This document shows positions 1 through 8,639 of a stretch of DNA of 43,338 nt, piece by piece. The position numbers and the translations under genes are program-made. The notes below the pieces were generated by a model. That model searched no databases, had not been told where the DNA came from, and saw only the letters and a program-made list of their open reading frames with translations. The first letter of the stretch is position 1; every line of letters begins with the position of its first letter. Source of the stretch: Archaeoglobaceae archaeon (lineage in GTDB: Archaea; Halobacteriota; Archaeoglobi; Archaeoglobales; Archaeoglobaceae); assembly GCA_046290005.1 (NCBI GenBank), contig JBKBUO010000002.1, forward strand, positions 1-43,338, read 5' to 3'.

Positions 1-1
1 A

Positions 2-544
2 GACGCCTATATGCTTTATGCAATGGAAAAAGTTGATAACTTCGACAGAATGAAAGGTTTGAGGATATACAAGGAGTTGAGGGCAGAAAGAGACAAGTGG
101 GAGATTGAGGTAGTGATGGGAAAGTGGGGAGAAAGATACGTTGATCCCCAAGATATACGGGCTGACGAGGAGAACTTCATCCTATGCTTTTCCTACTATG
201 ACGTGAAGAATCTCTTGGATATAAAGCCGAGAGGAGGAGCTTATGTATATTCCTCGAGCGAAGCTTTCGAAGAAGAGCAGAAGTTCGATTTTCTAAGGCT
301 TAGCGAATGGTTAAAACTCTTCAATTTCTCAACACACGGGTTTAGAGTTGAAAATGGAAAGGTTTACTTTGAAAAAGGCTTTCACGCTTCTGGACACGTT
401 TCAAAGAGCGATATAGTCAAAATCGTCGAAGAAATCGAACCGGATCATATTATACCAGTGCACACAGAAAACGCTGATTGGTTTATCAGCAATTTTGAGA
501 ACACGGTTTCGATCAAATGCGGTGAAACGAGGGAACTTCAATGA
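2..544 (+). CDS. MBL-fold beta-CASP family ribonuclease, C-terminal part; the 5' end lies outside the window
   Basis: The frame is open from the window edge. The C-terminal GFHASGHVSKSD...PDHIIPVHTE matches the His motifs of beta-CASP (RNase J / aCPSF-like) nucleases. The stop overlaps the next start (ATGA at 541-544). Confidence 0.6.
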   Translation, partial: DAYMLYAMEKVDNFDRMKGLRIYKELRAERDKWEIEVVMGKWGERYVDPQDIRADEENFILCFSYYDVKNLLDIKPRGGAYVYSSSEAFEEEQKFDFLRLSEWLKLFNFSTHGFRVENGKVYFEKGFHASGHVSKSDIVKIVEEIEPDHIIPVHTENADWFISNFENTVSIKCGETRELQ

Positions 545-1029
545 GTGAGAAGAGAGCATACATAACGATCCTTGGGAGATCCCTCTGGGCTCTTTCCAAC
601 GTTTACTACGCAGTCTTGGTTAAAAAGTCGTTCTTCCCAGATGTCGTGCACATCTTTACCGAGGAAATCTTCTTAGAAAATTTGCCCAAGGCAGAAAAAA
701 TGATCAAAGCCCTCAGCGAGGAGTTTAACTTTGTTCCGGAAATTCAAACACACGTTTCTGAGGAGACAGAGTTCTTAAAAGCAGGGTTTGAGGTTAATGA
801 GCTTATAAAAAAGCTTAAATCCGAAGGCTACCGTATCGCTATCGACGTTACCCCGGGGAGAAAGGCGCTTGTTGTTGCACTTTTAATTCCAGCGATGAAG
901 CAAAAAATCGATCACATCTTCTACTTGGCGGTGAAGAGGCTTGAGGACAAGCCTTACATGATGATCCCGCTCCAAGTTCAGAAGCTAAAGGACTTCATCG
1001 AGGAGGCGGAGAAGTATGCAAAGAAATGA
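541..1029 (+). CDS. Small CARF-like Rossmann-fold protein, a putative ligand sensor
   Basis: 162 aa. The N-terminal strand YITILGRS and the IDVTPGRKAL motif resemble the ilxtlGtS and DxTxGxK signatures of CARF domains (Csx14 / Cas02710 type). It is overlap-coupled to both neighbouring genes. Confidence 0.4.
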   Translation: MSEKRAYITILGRSLWALSNVYYAVLVKKSFFPDVVHIFTEEIFLENLPKAEKMIKALSEEFNFVPEIQTHVSEETEFLKAGFEVNELIKKLKSEGYRIAIDVTPGRKALVVALLIPAMKQKIDHIFYLAVKRLEDKPYMMIPLQVQKLKDFIEEAEKYAKK

Positions 1030-2038
1030 AGCAGTGGTTAGCCCGGAAGAGATCCAGATACTTCTGAATCTGCTCGAAGAAGATATCAATGTGATATATC
1101 CACTTTACAAGCATTTCACGCTTTTCAACGCCAGGGCTGAGGACGAAGGCTATCGTATAAAAATTTTACAAGGATTGAAGGAATTTGAAGAACAGCAAAA
1201 CTATTTTTCTGAATTTGCGGACGAAATGCCGGGATACAGCGATTTCATCAGCACTTTACTGGCCTCTGGTGTTATGAAGTATGAGAATGTAGACGATTTT
1301 TTGCAACGCATCAAGGTCTATTCCGAGTTACGGAAAAGAGTTTTCTTCTGCCCGGACACGAACGTGGTTTACCACCGGTTTATCACAAACACTTTTTCTG
1401 ATCTTAGAAACGTTTTACTCCTTGAAATCGTGCGAAACGAGATAGAAAGCGTTCTAAATTTCAAATACAAGGAAAATGAAATAAATCTAATCAAGAAAAA
1501 GGCTAAGTATCAGAACTTTCTGCTAGATGAGTTTTCAAACAGGCGAATGAAGAGGTCGAGAATTGCAGTTCTTGCTCTAAATGAATACAGGATTCTTAGG
1601 TCCTATGGGCTGGAAATCGATGCGGTCGGAAGAGGAGGGAGCGATAAGGAGGAGAACGACTATATAATAGTTAAGACGCTCAGAGAGTTTGAGAAGGAGC
1701 GTTCAGCTTTACCAGTTCTACTCACCGCAGACAACCAGATGGCAGATCTTTGCAAAGCAGAGGAAATAGAGTTTTTCCACTTTAAAATTCCTCATGCTGT
1801 TCAAGCAGACTTCTGCACCCATAGATCGATGCTAAATTTAATCTACTCTCTGGCGTTGGTCTTTGGAGTCGTAAGGCTAAACAGCGTTTTGGTATTCGGA
1901 GAGTTTAAGGGAAAGAGTAGGGCGGAGGATTTGAAGCTAAGAATCTTAGACGAGAAACTCTGGGTCAAATTTGAGAAACATCTTATGATATGCAGAAAAT
2001 TGGTGGAAATCGGAAAAGAAGAAAAGAAGCGAGATTAG
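1016..2038 (+). CDS. PIN-domain nuclease with unknown N- and C-terminal extensions
   Basis: 340 aa. The four PIN acidic positions are recognisable: FFCPDTNVV, IVRNEIESV, ENDYIIV and LLTADNQMADLCKAEEI. It overlaps the upstream ORF by 14 nt. Confidence 0.6.
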   Translation: MQRNEAVVSPEEIQILLNLLEEDINVIYPLYKHFTLFNARAEDEGYRIKILQGLKEFEEQQNYFSEFADEMPGYSDFISTLLASGVMKYENVDDFLQRIKVYSELRKRVFFCPDTNVVYHRFITNTFSDLRNVLLLEIVRNEIESVLNFKYKENEINLIKKKAKYQNFLLDEFSNRRMKRSRIAVLALNEYRILRSYGLEIDAVGRGGSDKEENDYIIVKTLREFEKERSALPVLLTADNQMADLCKAEEIEFFHFKIPHAVQADFCTHRSMLNLIYSLALVFGVVRLNSVLVFGEFKGKSRAEDLKLRILDEKLWVKFEKHLMICRKLVEIGKEEKKRD

Positions 2039-2056
2039 TAGTGCTGAGGTGAGAAC

Positions 2057-2746
2057 TTGCGTGCGATAAAAGCGGTGATCTTCGACCTCGACAACACCCT
2101 CGTGGATTTCATGAGTGCGAAGATCAAGGCGTGTGAAGAAGTTTCGAGAATTGCGAACTGTGGTTCTACAGAAGAACTGCTCCAGTATTTTTTAAGAAAC
2201 AGATGCGCCTTCGAGAGTTTTCGCAGCATTGAGGAGTTTCTCAGGGAAAAAGGCGTTTTTAGTCCAGAGCTTTTTTCTAAGTGCTGCGAGACTTACGAAA
2301 AAGTCAAGATCGATAACCTTCAAATTTATTCAGGTGTGAAAGAAGTCTTGGGGAAGTTAAAGAGTATTGGTTTAAAGCTCGCAATCGTCACCGATGCGGA
2401 AAACGGAAAGGCAATCGCGAGATTGAGAAAGTTCGATCTCGAGAAGTTTTTTGATGCAATTGTTTCAGCGGACATGTGCGGCAAGACGAAACCAGAGCCA
2501 GATTCGATTCTTCTCGCGCTTAAGAAGCTTGGCGTCGAAGCAAAGGATGCGGTGATCGTGGGGGACAGCATTTATAGGGACATCTCAGCTGGTAAGAGAT
2601 TGGGGATGCTCACGATCTACGCGAGGTATGGTGATATGAATCCGCGCTCAAGCGGTGAAGCGGATTTCGTTGCAGAGAATCCGAGGGATATCTTGGAAAT
2701 CGTGGAGACGATCCTGTTTCGGGAAAGGGAAATGAGTGCGAATTAA
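2057..2746 (+). CDS. HAD-superfamily hydrolase, phosphoglycolate phosphatase-like
   Basis: HAD motif I VIFDLDNTLVDF, motif II LAIVTDA, and motifs III/IV K...VGDS..D. The start codon is TTG. Confidence 0.75.
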   Translation: MRAIKAVIFDLDNTLVDFMSAKIKACEEVSRIANCGSTEELLQYFLRNRCAFESFRSIEEFLREKGVFSPELFSKCCETYEKVKIDNLQIYSGVKEVLGKLKSIGLKLAIVTDAENGKAIARLRKFDLEKFFDAIVSADMCGKTKPEPDSILLALKKLGVEAKDAVIVGDSIYRDISAGKRLGMLTIYARYGDMNPRSSGEADFVAENPRDILEIVETILFREREMSAN

Positions 2747-2950
2747 CAACGGATCTTTGAAAAAAGGATACAACTTTACAACTTGATTCATTTTCCCAAA
2801 ATCTGTAATTTAAAGTCTTTTCGTCGGATAAAGCTTTTTTAAAATACTTATCGGAACTCTTTTTAATTTTAAAGTGTCTAATTCCCTCTCAAAGCCTATT
2901 TCGTATATCTTTCAACGAAAGCTCTCGGGTTGGAATAACTGGTTTGGAGA

Positions 2951-2966
2951 CGAAATCCTTAAATAC
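2951..2966 (+). promoter_or_regulatory. Putative BRE/TATA element for the tRNA gene
   Basis: A purine-rich cgaaa followed by TTAAATA, centred about 27 nt upstream of tRNA position 1. This is the typical archaeal spacing. Confidence 0.35.
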
Positions 2967-2988
2967 AATCTTTCTCAATCCTTTAAAA

Positions 2989-3063
2989 GGGTCCGTAGCT
3001 TAGACTGGTCAGAGCGCCCGGCTCATAACCGGGCGGTCGAGGGTTCAAATCCCTCCGGACCCA
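2989..3063 (+). tRNA. tRNA with CAU anticodon: elongator Met, or Ile2 if the anticodon is modified. CCA is not encoded.
   Basis: Cloverleaf folded by hand. Acceptor stem GGGTCCG/CGGACCC, anticodon stem CCCGG/CCGGG with loop CTCATAA, T arm GAGGG-TTCAAAT-CCCTC, discriminator A. The G1:C72 pair argues against an archaeal initiator. Confidence 0.9.
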
Positions 3064-3067
3064 AATT
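3030..3067. repeat. 38-bp direct repeat, copy 1 (tRNA 3' half plus 4 nt of flank); attL-like
   Basis: Identical 38-mer cgggcggtcgagggttcaaatccctccggacccaaatt occurs again at 3963-4000. Confidence 0.85.
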
Positions 3068-3446
3068 TTTGAAAAAGGCTTTTCTTTGCTTCTTTTTTCG
3101 AAAAATAAGGAATTAGGTTGTTTATCTTTCCCTATTTCGAAGGCTTTGTTCCCTCCTTCTTCGGCTTTGGGTATACGAGGAAATAGAACAACTTTCAGGG
3201 GTAGTAAACAATGCCAAGGTCGTTTATGCTTTACGTAATACTTTGTCGATGAGCTTACCCCATGGAATTTGTTTCTTTTACTTAACTTGGAATCGCAGAT
3301 TAAAAAGAGGCTCGAAATAACGAACTAAACAAAACGCAGTGGTTGGATCTACTAAGAAAATTTTATTTTTAAGCTTAACTTAATCGCTTAACATAACCAA
3401 TTGAATCATGGCGAGGAAGTCGAGAAAAAAGTAAAAAGAAGAGATA

Positions 3447-3845
3447 ATGAGTAGCCCTATGGAAAAAGTCAACAAAATTTTCGCATACGGGACTCTGGAA
3501 AGATTACTCCTATCCAATTCGATTGCCACCAGTGTAAGGTATGTTGGGAGGGGCAGAATTCAAGCAAAACTATACGATCTAGGAGAGTATCCCGGAGCTG
3601 TGGAGCATAGCGAGAGTTATGTTTGTGGTAGGGTGTATGAAGTCGAGAACATAGAGGAGATTTTACCGCAGCTCGACGAATATGAGGAATTCTACCCAGA
3701 CAAACCAGCGAGCAGTTTATTTATCAGGAAAGTTTTGAACGTTTTCATGGACAACGGAGAAGCAGTGAGAGCTTTCGTTTATCTCTACAATGGAAACGTA
3801 GAAGGAAAAAAAGTAATTCCCACTGGTGTTTGGGAAATGAGATAA
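3447..3845 (+). CDS. Gamma-glutamylcyclotransferase-like (AIG2/GGACT family) protein
   Basis: FAYGTL..., YDLGEYPGAV, GRVYEV and LDEYEEFY match the GGCT/AIG2-like fold motifs, including the catalytic Glu region. It is the only ORF inside the repeat-bracketed segment. Confidence 0.7.
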   Translation: MSSPMEKVNKIFAYGTLERLLLSNSIATSVRYVGRGRIQAKLYDLGEYPGAVEHSESYVCGRVYEVENIEEILPQLDEYEEFYPDKPASSLFIRKVLNVFMDNGEAVRAFVYLYNGNVEGKKVIPTGVWEMR

Positions 3846-3962
3846 AGAGGTCAACATTTAGTTGGTTGAGGTCTAAAGATTTTTATCTTTCTCCTGTTAA
3901 TCCTCGTTTGTCAACTTGATAAGCCTGTTAGAAGAAAAATTCGATCCCAAAACTTATAAAAG

Positions 3963-4000
3963 CGGGCGGTCGAGGGTTCAAATCCCTCCGGACCCAAATT
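3963..4000. repeat. 38-bp direct repeat, copy 2 (orphan tRNA 3' half); attR-like
   Basis: Exact copy of 3030-3067, with no upstream tRNA 5' half. Confidence 0.85.
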
Positions 4001-4004
4001 CTCA

Positions 4005-5333
4005 CTATCCTAAGAACTTGCGGAGCTTTCCCATAGCGATTATATTGGATTCGCTTCTCGGCATTCTCAACAACGCTAGATAAGCAGGATTTGGCTCAAC
4101 TTCTATGGCAAGATGATCTGCCATCTCTAACACGGATTTCACGAGTCCATCACCAAGGTATTTCCTCACGGTAACAGGATCGAAGTATTTCATATCGTAT
4201 TCAATCTCTTTCAAATATGCTGGAAGAATTTTCGAAACTTCATCAAGCTTATCTGATTTCGCTAACTCGACGATATAAGGCGCATCTAACAAAATAGGAG
4301 GGAGGCCTATAGAATACCAAGCAGCCGTATAGACTATTGCCCTAGGCACGCATACGGCTTGATCGTCATAAGAGAAAAGTCTTCCGTATTCTTTCCAGCT
4401 AATTCTATCTCGAGTACTGGGAATGAGTTTAGCCATTTCGATGACTTTCTCCACGTATTTGGAAACGATGGAGCGATATTTTGCTGAAGCTTCCATGATG
4501 ATCGATACTACGTCTTCCGAGATCTTCGAGCTCGTGTTACAGCATGCGTTCAATATCGTTTCCTTCGCTTTTCTATACTCTTCCAACGAGACATCGTATC
4601 TGATCGCCGATTGTATCGTCGCAGTATGGTAGCCTGCGTATTGCAAAACCTCGAGACGACACAATTCAGGACTGTTCAAACCGCCACGAAACGGTGGAGA
4701 ACCCATGCCGATTATGGGTCTTATCTTTAGTCCCAGCTCATCTTCCAACCTCTGAACTTTAGACAAGACATATGCTATCGCAAGCGCTGAAGCAAGATGG
4801 CCACGTTTCACTGCTGAATCTGATTTGCCGAAGAACACTCTTATGTCCTCTTCATTTTTGAACACCTGATCCAATATTTGTCTTGTCTTTAGCTGTACTA
4901 CTGCATCTTCTATAAGGGGTATGACCTCTATATCACCGACATCGACTTTTGTCTCTGATTTATAGATTTCGCACTTTCTCCTCAACATCCTTCTCACGAG
5001 AGCGATCGTCTCCACGTCTTCCACCATCGGCAAGATAACCCATCTCACAGCTTGTCTATCCATGTATTTTACCGAGAAATAATTGGCAACTATGGCAGCT
5101 TCTAACGATAACGCGACTCTATCGAATTCTTCAAGCTTTGGATTTGGCAATCTCACGGTTATATACATTTCTTCTCCGAGCGAGATACCTGATTTGAAAG
5201 CTTTTAAAACAATGTCCTTTGGCTGACTATAAGGCGTAGCCTTTCCTTCGTAGTCTATCATTACTTCATCGCATCCATATGCTGCGTAAGCCACGATTGC
5301 TTCATCTACTTCTTCTGCAGTCGTGATCCTCAC
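4005..5333 (-). CDS. ppcA: Archaeal-type phosphoenolpyruvate carboxylase, with the N-terminal motif out of frame (possible pseudogene)
   Basis: YGCDEVMIDYEGK, GMGSPPFRGG and the C-terminal ...LRKFLG are typical of archaeal PEPC. The longest frame begins at GTG 5333. The expected N-terminal TQHPD-like motif (MFTQHLDST) is encoded from ATG 5359 in another frame. Confidence 0.75.
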   Translation of the reverse strand: MRITTAEEVDEAIVAYAAYGCDEVMIDYEGKATPYSQPKDIVLKAFKSGISLGEEMYITVRLPNPKLEEFDRVALSLEAAIVANYFSVKYMDRQAVRWVILPMVEDVETIALVRRMLRRKCEIYKSETKVDVGDIEVIPLIEDAVVQLKTRQILDQVFKNEEDIRVFFGKSDSAVKRGHLASALAIAYVLSKVQRLEDELGLKIRPIIGMGSPPFRGGLNSPELCRLEVLQYAGYHTATIQSAIRYDVSLEEYRKAKETILNACCNTSSKISEDVVSIIMEASAKYRSIVSKYVEKVIEMAKLIPSTRDRISWKEYGRLFSYDDQAVCVPRAIVYTAAWYSIGLPPILLDAPYIVELAKSDKLDEVSKILPAYLKEIEYDMKYFDPVTVRKYLGDGLVKSVLEMADHLAIEVEPNPAYLALLRMPRSESNIIAMGKLRKFLG

Positions 5334-5363
5334 GTAGAATCTAGGTGTTGTGTGAACATGAGC

Positions 5364-5978
5364 TTAGGGACGTGCATATCGCTTCCATCTCAAGCGATTA
5401 TTAAAAGTTGCGCAAACTGAAAAATTGAGAGCTCTTATCGCCTTCATAAGGTCTCCTACTTTGAAGCTAAAAATAAAGGTAAAGAAAATATTAAAGATCG
5501 TTAAAAAAAGCAAGAAGAGAAAAGCTGAATCAGCGAAGAAAAGTGTGATAGCTGGCAAGAACATGGAAGACAAAGCACCTGAAGAGTAGAAGATAGCAAC
5601 CTTCTTCTTCGAAATTCTTTTCAAGCTCTCGGTCTTTATCTTCAACCCAAGGACGGGAACGAATTTAAATGGCTCGAAGATCGGGATTTTTAATTTTAAG
5701 ATAGCGGATTTTCCGATGTAATAGTAAAGGAACTCTATTCCGAAAAGCCTTCCGACGATGTAATGCGCTAAGCAATGTGTGAAATACCAGAGGAAAATCC
5801 AAGAAATTAAAAGCAAAAAGAATTTTCCGATAGAATGAAAGCTCAAAGAAAGTAGCAAGAAACAGATACCGAGCAAAGTTCCTAGAACTTCTATCAAGTT
5901 TCCTAGCCATAATGGTATCTTGATCCTTTGGGACGTCATGTCGTTTCTCACAAGTCTTTTTAAGACTCTCAATTGCAC
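5364..5978 (-). CDS. Integral membrane protein of unknown function
   Basis: 204 aa with several hydrophobic helices and an HCLAH (HxxxH) motif. Its stop lies 4 nt upstream of the out-of-frame PEPC ATG. I do not recognise a family. Confidence 0.5.
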   Translation of the reverse strand: MQLRVLKRLVRNDMTSQRIKIPLWLGNLIEVLGTLLGICFLLLSLSFHSIGKFFLLLISWIFLWYFTHCLAHYIVGRLFGIEFLYYYIGKSAILKLKIPIFEPFKFVPVLGLKIKTESLKRISKKKVAIFYSSGALSSMFLPAITLFFADSAFLFLLFLTIFNIFFTFIFSFKVGDLMKAIRALNFSVCATFNNRLRWKRYARP

Positions 5979-6003
5979 TTTTTAGAAATCATCATCCTTT
6001 TGA

Positions 6004-7326
6004 TTAGATAACACCCCTACTCTTGAGTTCTCTTAGTTTCTTTGCATCGAAACATAGAATTTTTGTGTATACGTAAGTGTTATCCGCTCCCGGCGGCTTA
6101 CAAACCCATTTTATTCTACCTGGTGTCTCGCTCATCCAACTAAAAGAAGACGTTTGGAGCAGAATCTTTCCGTAATAAGGATCTTCAATCCACCTCAAAA
6201 TTCCCCTCTCATACCAATTTTCAAGCTTAGAGCTTTCTTTTGGCGAGTAAACTATCCCCGTGACAACAGTTCCGGGAGTAGTTTTATCCATGCTGTATTC
6301 AGTGGCTTTTTTGACTATTTCTTCAGCAGTGTAATTCTTAGACCAGTGTTCTATTTCCTCTCTTAATTTAATTTGGTTTTCCAATTTCGTTCGATGCTGT
6401 GGTGTGGGGTATTTTTCAAACAAATCGGGTCTGTTCATCAAATTCGTCAACCCTCTCCAGTTTTCATCACTATACCCAGCTATGAATACACTTTTACCGT
6501 CTTTCGCTTTAACAACAGTGTATGCAAACACCGCGGGATCGTATGGACCAAATCTTGGAACAAGTCTTCCTGATTCGTGGTAATATTGCAAGTAGTAGTT
6601 ACAGTGTCTCAGCAAACATTCAGCTGGTGAAACGTCGATGTATTGTCCTTTACCTGATTGCATTCGATAAAAAAGAGCTAAAAGGATAGCATAAGCCCCC
6701 CAGGCTCCACCTGTATACCATGCCATCCAATTCCCTATCTTTAGGGGTATCTTGCATTCCTCAAGAATCGCTGGATCGAACTCTGCTTCACCAGTTACTG
6801 ACATTATACCTGAAATTGCTTGATCTATGAGATCGTAGTCGTAGACGTCTCTAATCGATTTTCCAAACTTCCCTGTTGAGGAAAATGACACATAAATCAG
6901 CTTTTGGTTTACATTGCTGAGGTTTTTATACCTCAAATCCTCTGGAGTTTCACTCGGTTTAAACGACTCTATAAATACATCTGACTTCGCAACGAGCATT
7001 TTGAGTATCTCTAATCCTTCATCACTCCTGTAATTTAGCGTGATATGATATTTATTTCTTCCTTCCACAATGTATGCTAAGCCTGTATCTTTTATCAGAA
7101 CCCCTTCCGGAGTCATTTTTCTTGCTATATCTCCTCCAGGTGGTTCAACTCTTATAACCTCGGCTCCTAATTCAGCTAAAATTGAAGAACAAAATATTGA
7201 AGCAAAATTTCCTGTAGAAACGTCTAGAACCCTAATTCCTTCCAGAGCCTCTGGTTTCTCGTAAATTTTCGACGGATCAGTTAGTTCTTTTGCCCAATCA
7301 AAGTAATCTTTTGACATACGACTCAC
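6004..7326 (-). CDS. Family III (CaiB/BaiF) CoA-transferase paralogue lacking the catalytic Asp
   Basis: GIRVLDVSTGNFASIFCSSILAELGAEVIRVEPPGGD at the N-terminus and GKGQYIDVS. By eye it aligns to the neighbouring paralogue with Trp (NWMAWYTGG) at the Asp position. Confidence 0.8.
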   Translation of the reverse strand: MSRMSKDYFDWAKELTDPSKIYEKPEALEGIRVLDVSTGNFASIFCSSILAELGAEVIRVEPPGGDIARKMTPEGVLIKDTGLAYIVEGRNKYHITLNYRSDEGLEILKMLVAKSDVFIESFKPSETPEDLRYKNLSNVNQKLIYVSFSSTGKFGKSIRDVYDYDLIDQAISGIMSVTGEAEFDPAILEECKIPLKIGNWMAWYTGGAWGAYAILLALFYRMQSGKGQYIDVSPAECLLRHCNYYLQYYHESGRLVPRFGPYDPAVFAYTVVKAKDGKSVFIAGYSDENWRGLTNLMNRPDLFEKYPTPQHRTKLENQIKLREEIEHWSKNYTAEEIVKKATEYSMDKTTPGTVVTGIVYSPKESSKLENWYERGILRWIEDPYYGKILLQTSSFSWMSETPGRIKWVCKPPGADNTYVYTKILCFDAKKLRELKSRGVI

Positions 7327-7329
7327 CTC

Positions 7330-8613
7330 CTAAAAGAACAGGCCACTTTTACCATCCCAATCGTCCGGGGGATTTGTGCCTTTTCTACCCCATTTTCCTA
7401 TTACACCCTCTTTTTCAAGTTCTCTGAGCTCTTCCATACTCATGCCAAGGATTTTTATGAAGACGAATTCGTTGTCGAATCCTAAGGGTCTTGCAACCCA
7501 TTTTATTCTACCTGGCGTTTCTGACATCTTAACGGTCTGCACTTCTGCCAACTCACCCCATATATGGTCTTCAAAGATCCATATCGTTCTTCTACTTCTC
7601 AAATGCTCGTTTTCATATAAATCTTTGAAGTTAAGTACTTTATTAGTTGCAAAGCCGTATTTTTCAGCGACTTCTTCTATTTCCTTTGTTGTTTTGGTTA
7701 TGCAGAAATCTCTCAGCTTTTTATCGACCTCCTCCATGATATGATGTCTTTTAAGTGGATCTATGTATTCCTTGTATTCCTTTTCTTCCATATCCAGAGC
7801 TCTACATAGGCCCTCGAACTCCTTTTCTCTGTAAGCCACTATTGCGATAAATCCGTCTGAACATCTGTAAAGTCCAGATGGTAATATGGCAATGTCGCGA
7901 TTTCCAGTTCGTTCTCTATTTTTCCCAGTAAGTCCTACATATATCCACGTCCAATCTGACCATCTAATTGCGGTCTCGTTTTGCGAGATATCTATGTACT
8001 GCCCTTTTCCAGTTTTTTTTCTATAAATAAGCGCTACCATCACAGCTATAGCTCCGGTTATCGATGCAGCGAAGTCTAAAAGCCAAGCACCAAATTTGAT
8101 GGGTTCTCTCTCAGGAAATCCTGTGACATACATCATACCACTTTCCGCTTGCGCAGTAGCATCGTAAGAGACTCTTAGGGCGTTTCTACCCCATTGTCCG
8201 AAGCCTGAAAGTGAAAGGTATATAATATCAGGTTTAATTTCCCTTATTTGCCTATACCCTATTCCCCATGAGTCCGTTGTGCCGGGTCTGAAATTTTCTA
8301 TAACTACATCGCATCTCTTGGCAAGCTTGTATATTAGTTCCTTTCCCTTTGGGTTTCTCAGATCGATCGCAACATGTAGCTTGTTGTGATTCTGCTCCTC
8401 GAAGCCAGGTGAAAGCGTTTTATAATAGAAGAACCACGGTGTCACATATCTCATCACGTCTCCCACGCCTGGTAATTCGACTTTTATAACTTCTGCACCG
8501 AATTCAGCCAGAAAATCGGAAGCAGCGGGTCCAAGGACAACGTTTGTCATGTCTAAGATGCGAATACCTTCGAGAACTTCTGGTTTTAAACCTATTTCAT
8601 CTACCGGGACCAT
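7330..8613 (-). CDS. Family III (CaiB/BaiF) CoA-transferase
   Basis: GIRILDMTNVVLGPAASDFLAEFGAEVIKVELPG, the candidate catalytic Asp in AWLLDFAASITGAIAVMVAL, and GKGQYIDIS. Confidence 0.85.
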   Translation of the reverse strand: MVPVDEIGLKPEVLEGIRILDMTNVVLGPAASDFLAEFGAEVIKVELPGVGDVMRYVTPWFFYYKTLSPGFEEQNHNKLHVAIDLRNPKGKELIYKLAKRCDVVIENFRPGTTDSWGIGYRQIREIKPDIIYLSLSGFGQWGRNALRVSYDATAQAESGMMYVTGFPEREPIKFGAWLLDFAASITGAIAVMVALIYRKKTGKGQYIDISQNETAIRWSDWTWIYVGLTGKNRERTGNRDIAILPSGLYRCSDGFIAIVAYREKEFEGLCRALDMEEKEYKEYIDPLKRHHIMEEVDKKLRDFCITKTTKEIEEVAEKYGFATNKVLNFKDLYENEHLRSRRTIWIFEDHIWGELAEVQTVKMSETPGRIKWVARPLGFDNEFVFIKILGMSMEELRELEKEGVIGKWGRKGTNPPDDWDGKSGLFF

Positions 8614-8639
8614 AAAACCACTCTAAAAATTAATTTTTA

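Noticed and set aside
2874-3116. An 80-aa plus-strand ORF.
   Set aside because: It reads straight through the tRNA gene at 2989-3063, so the open frame is an artefact.
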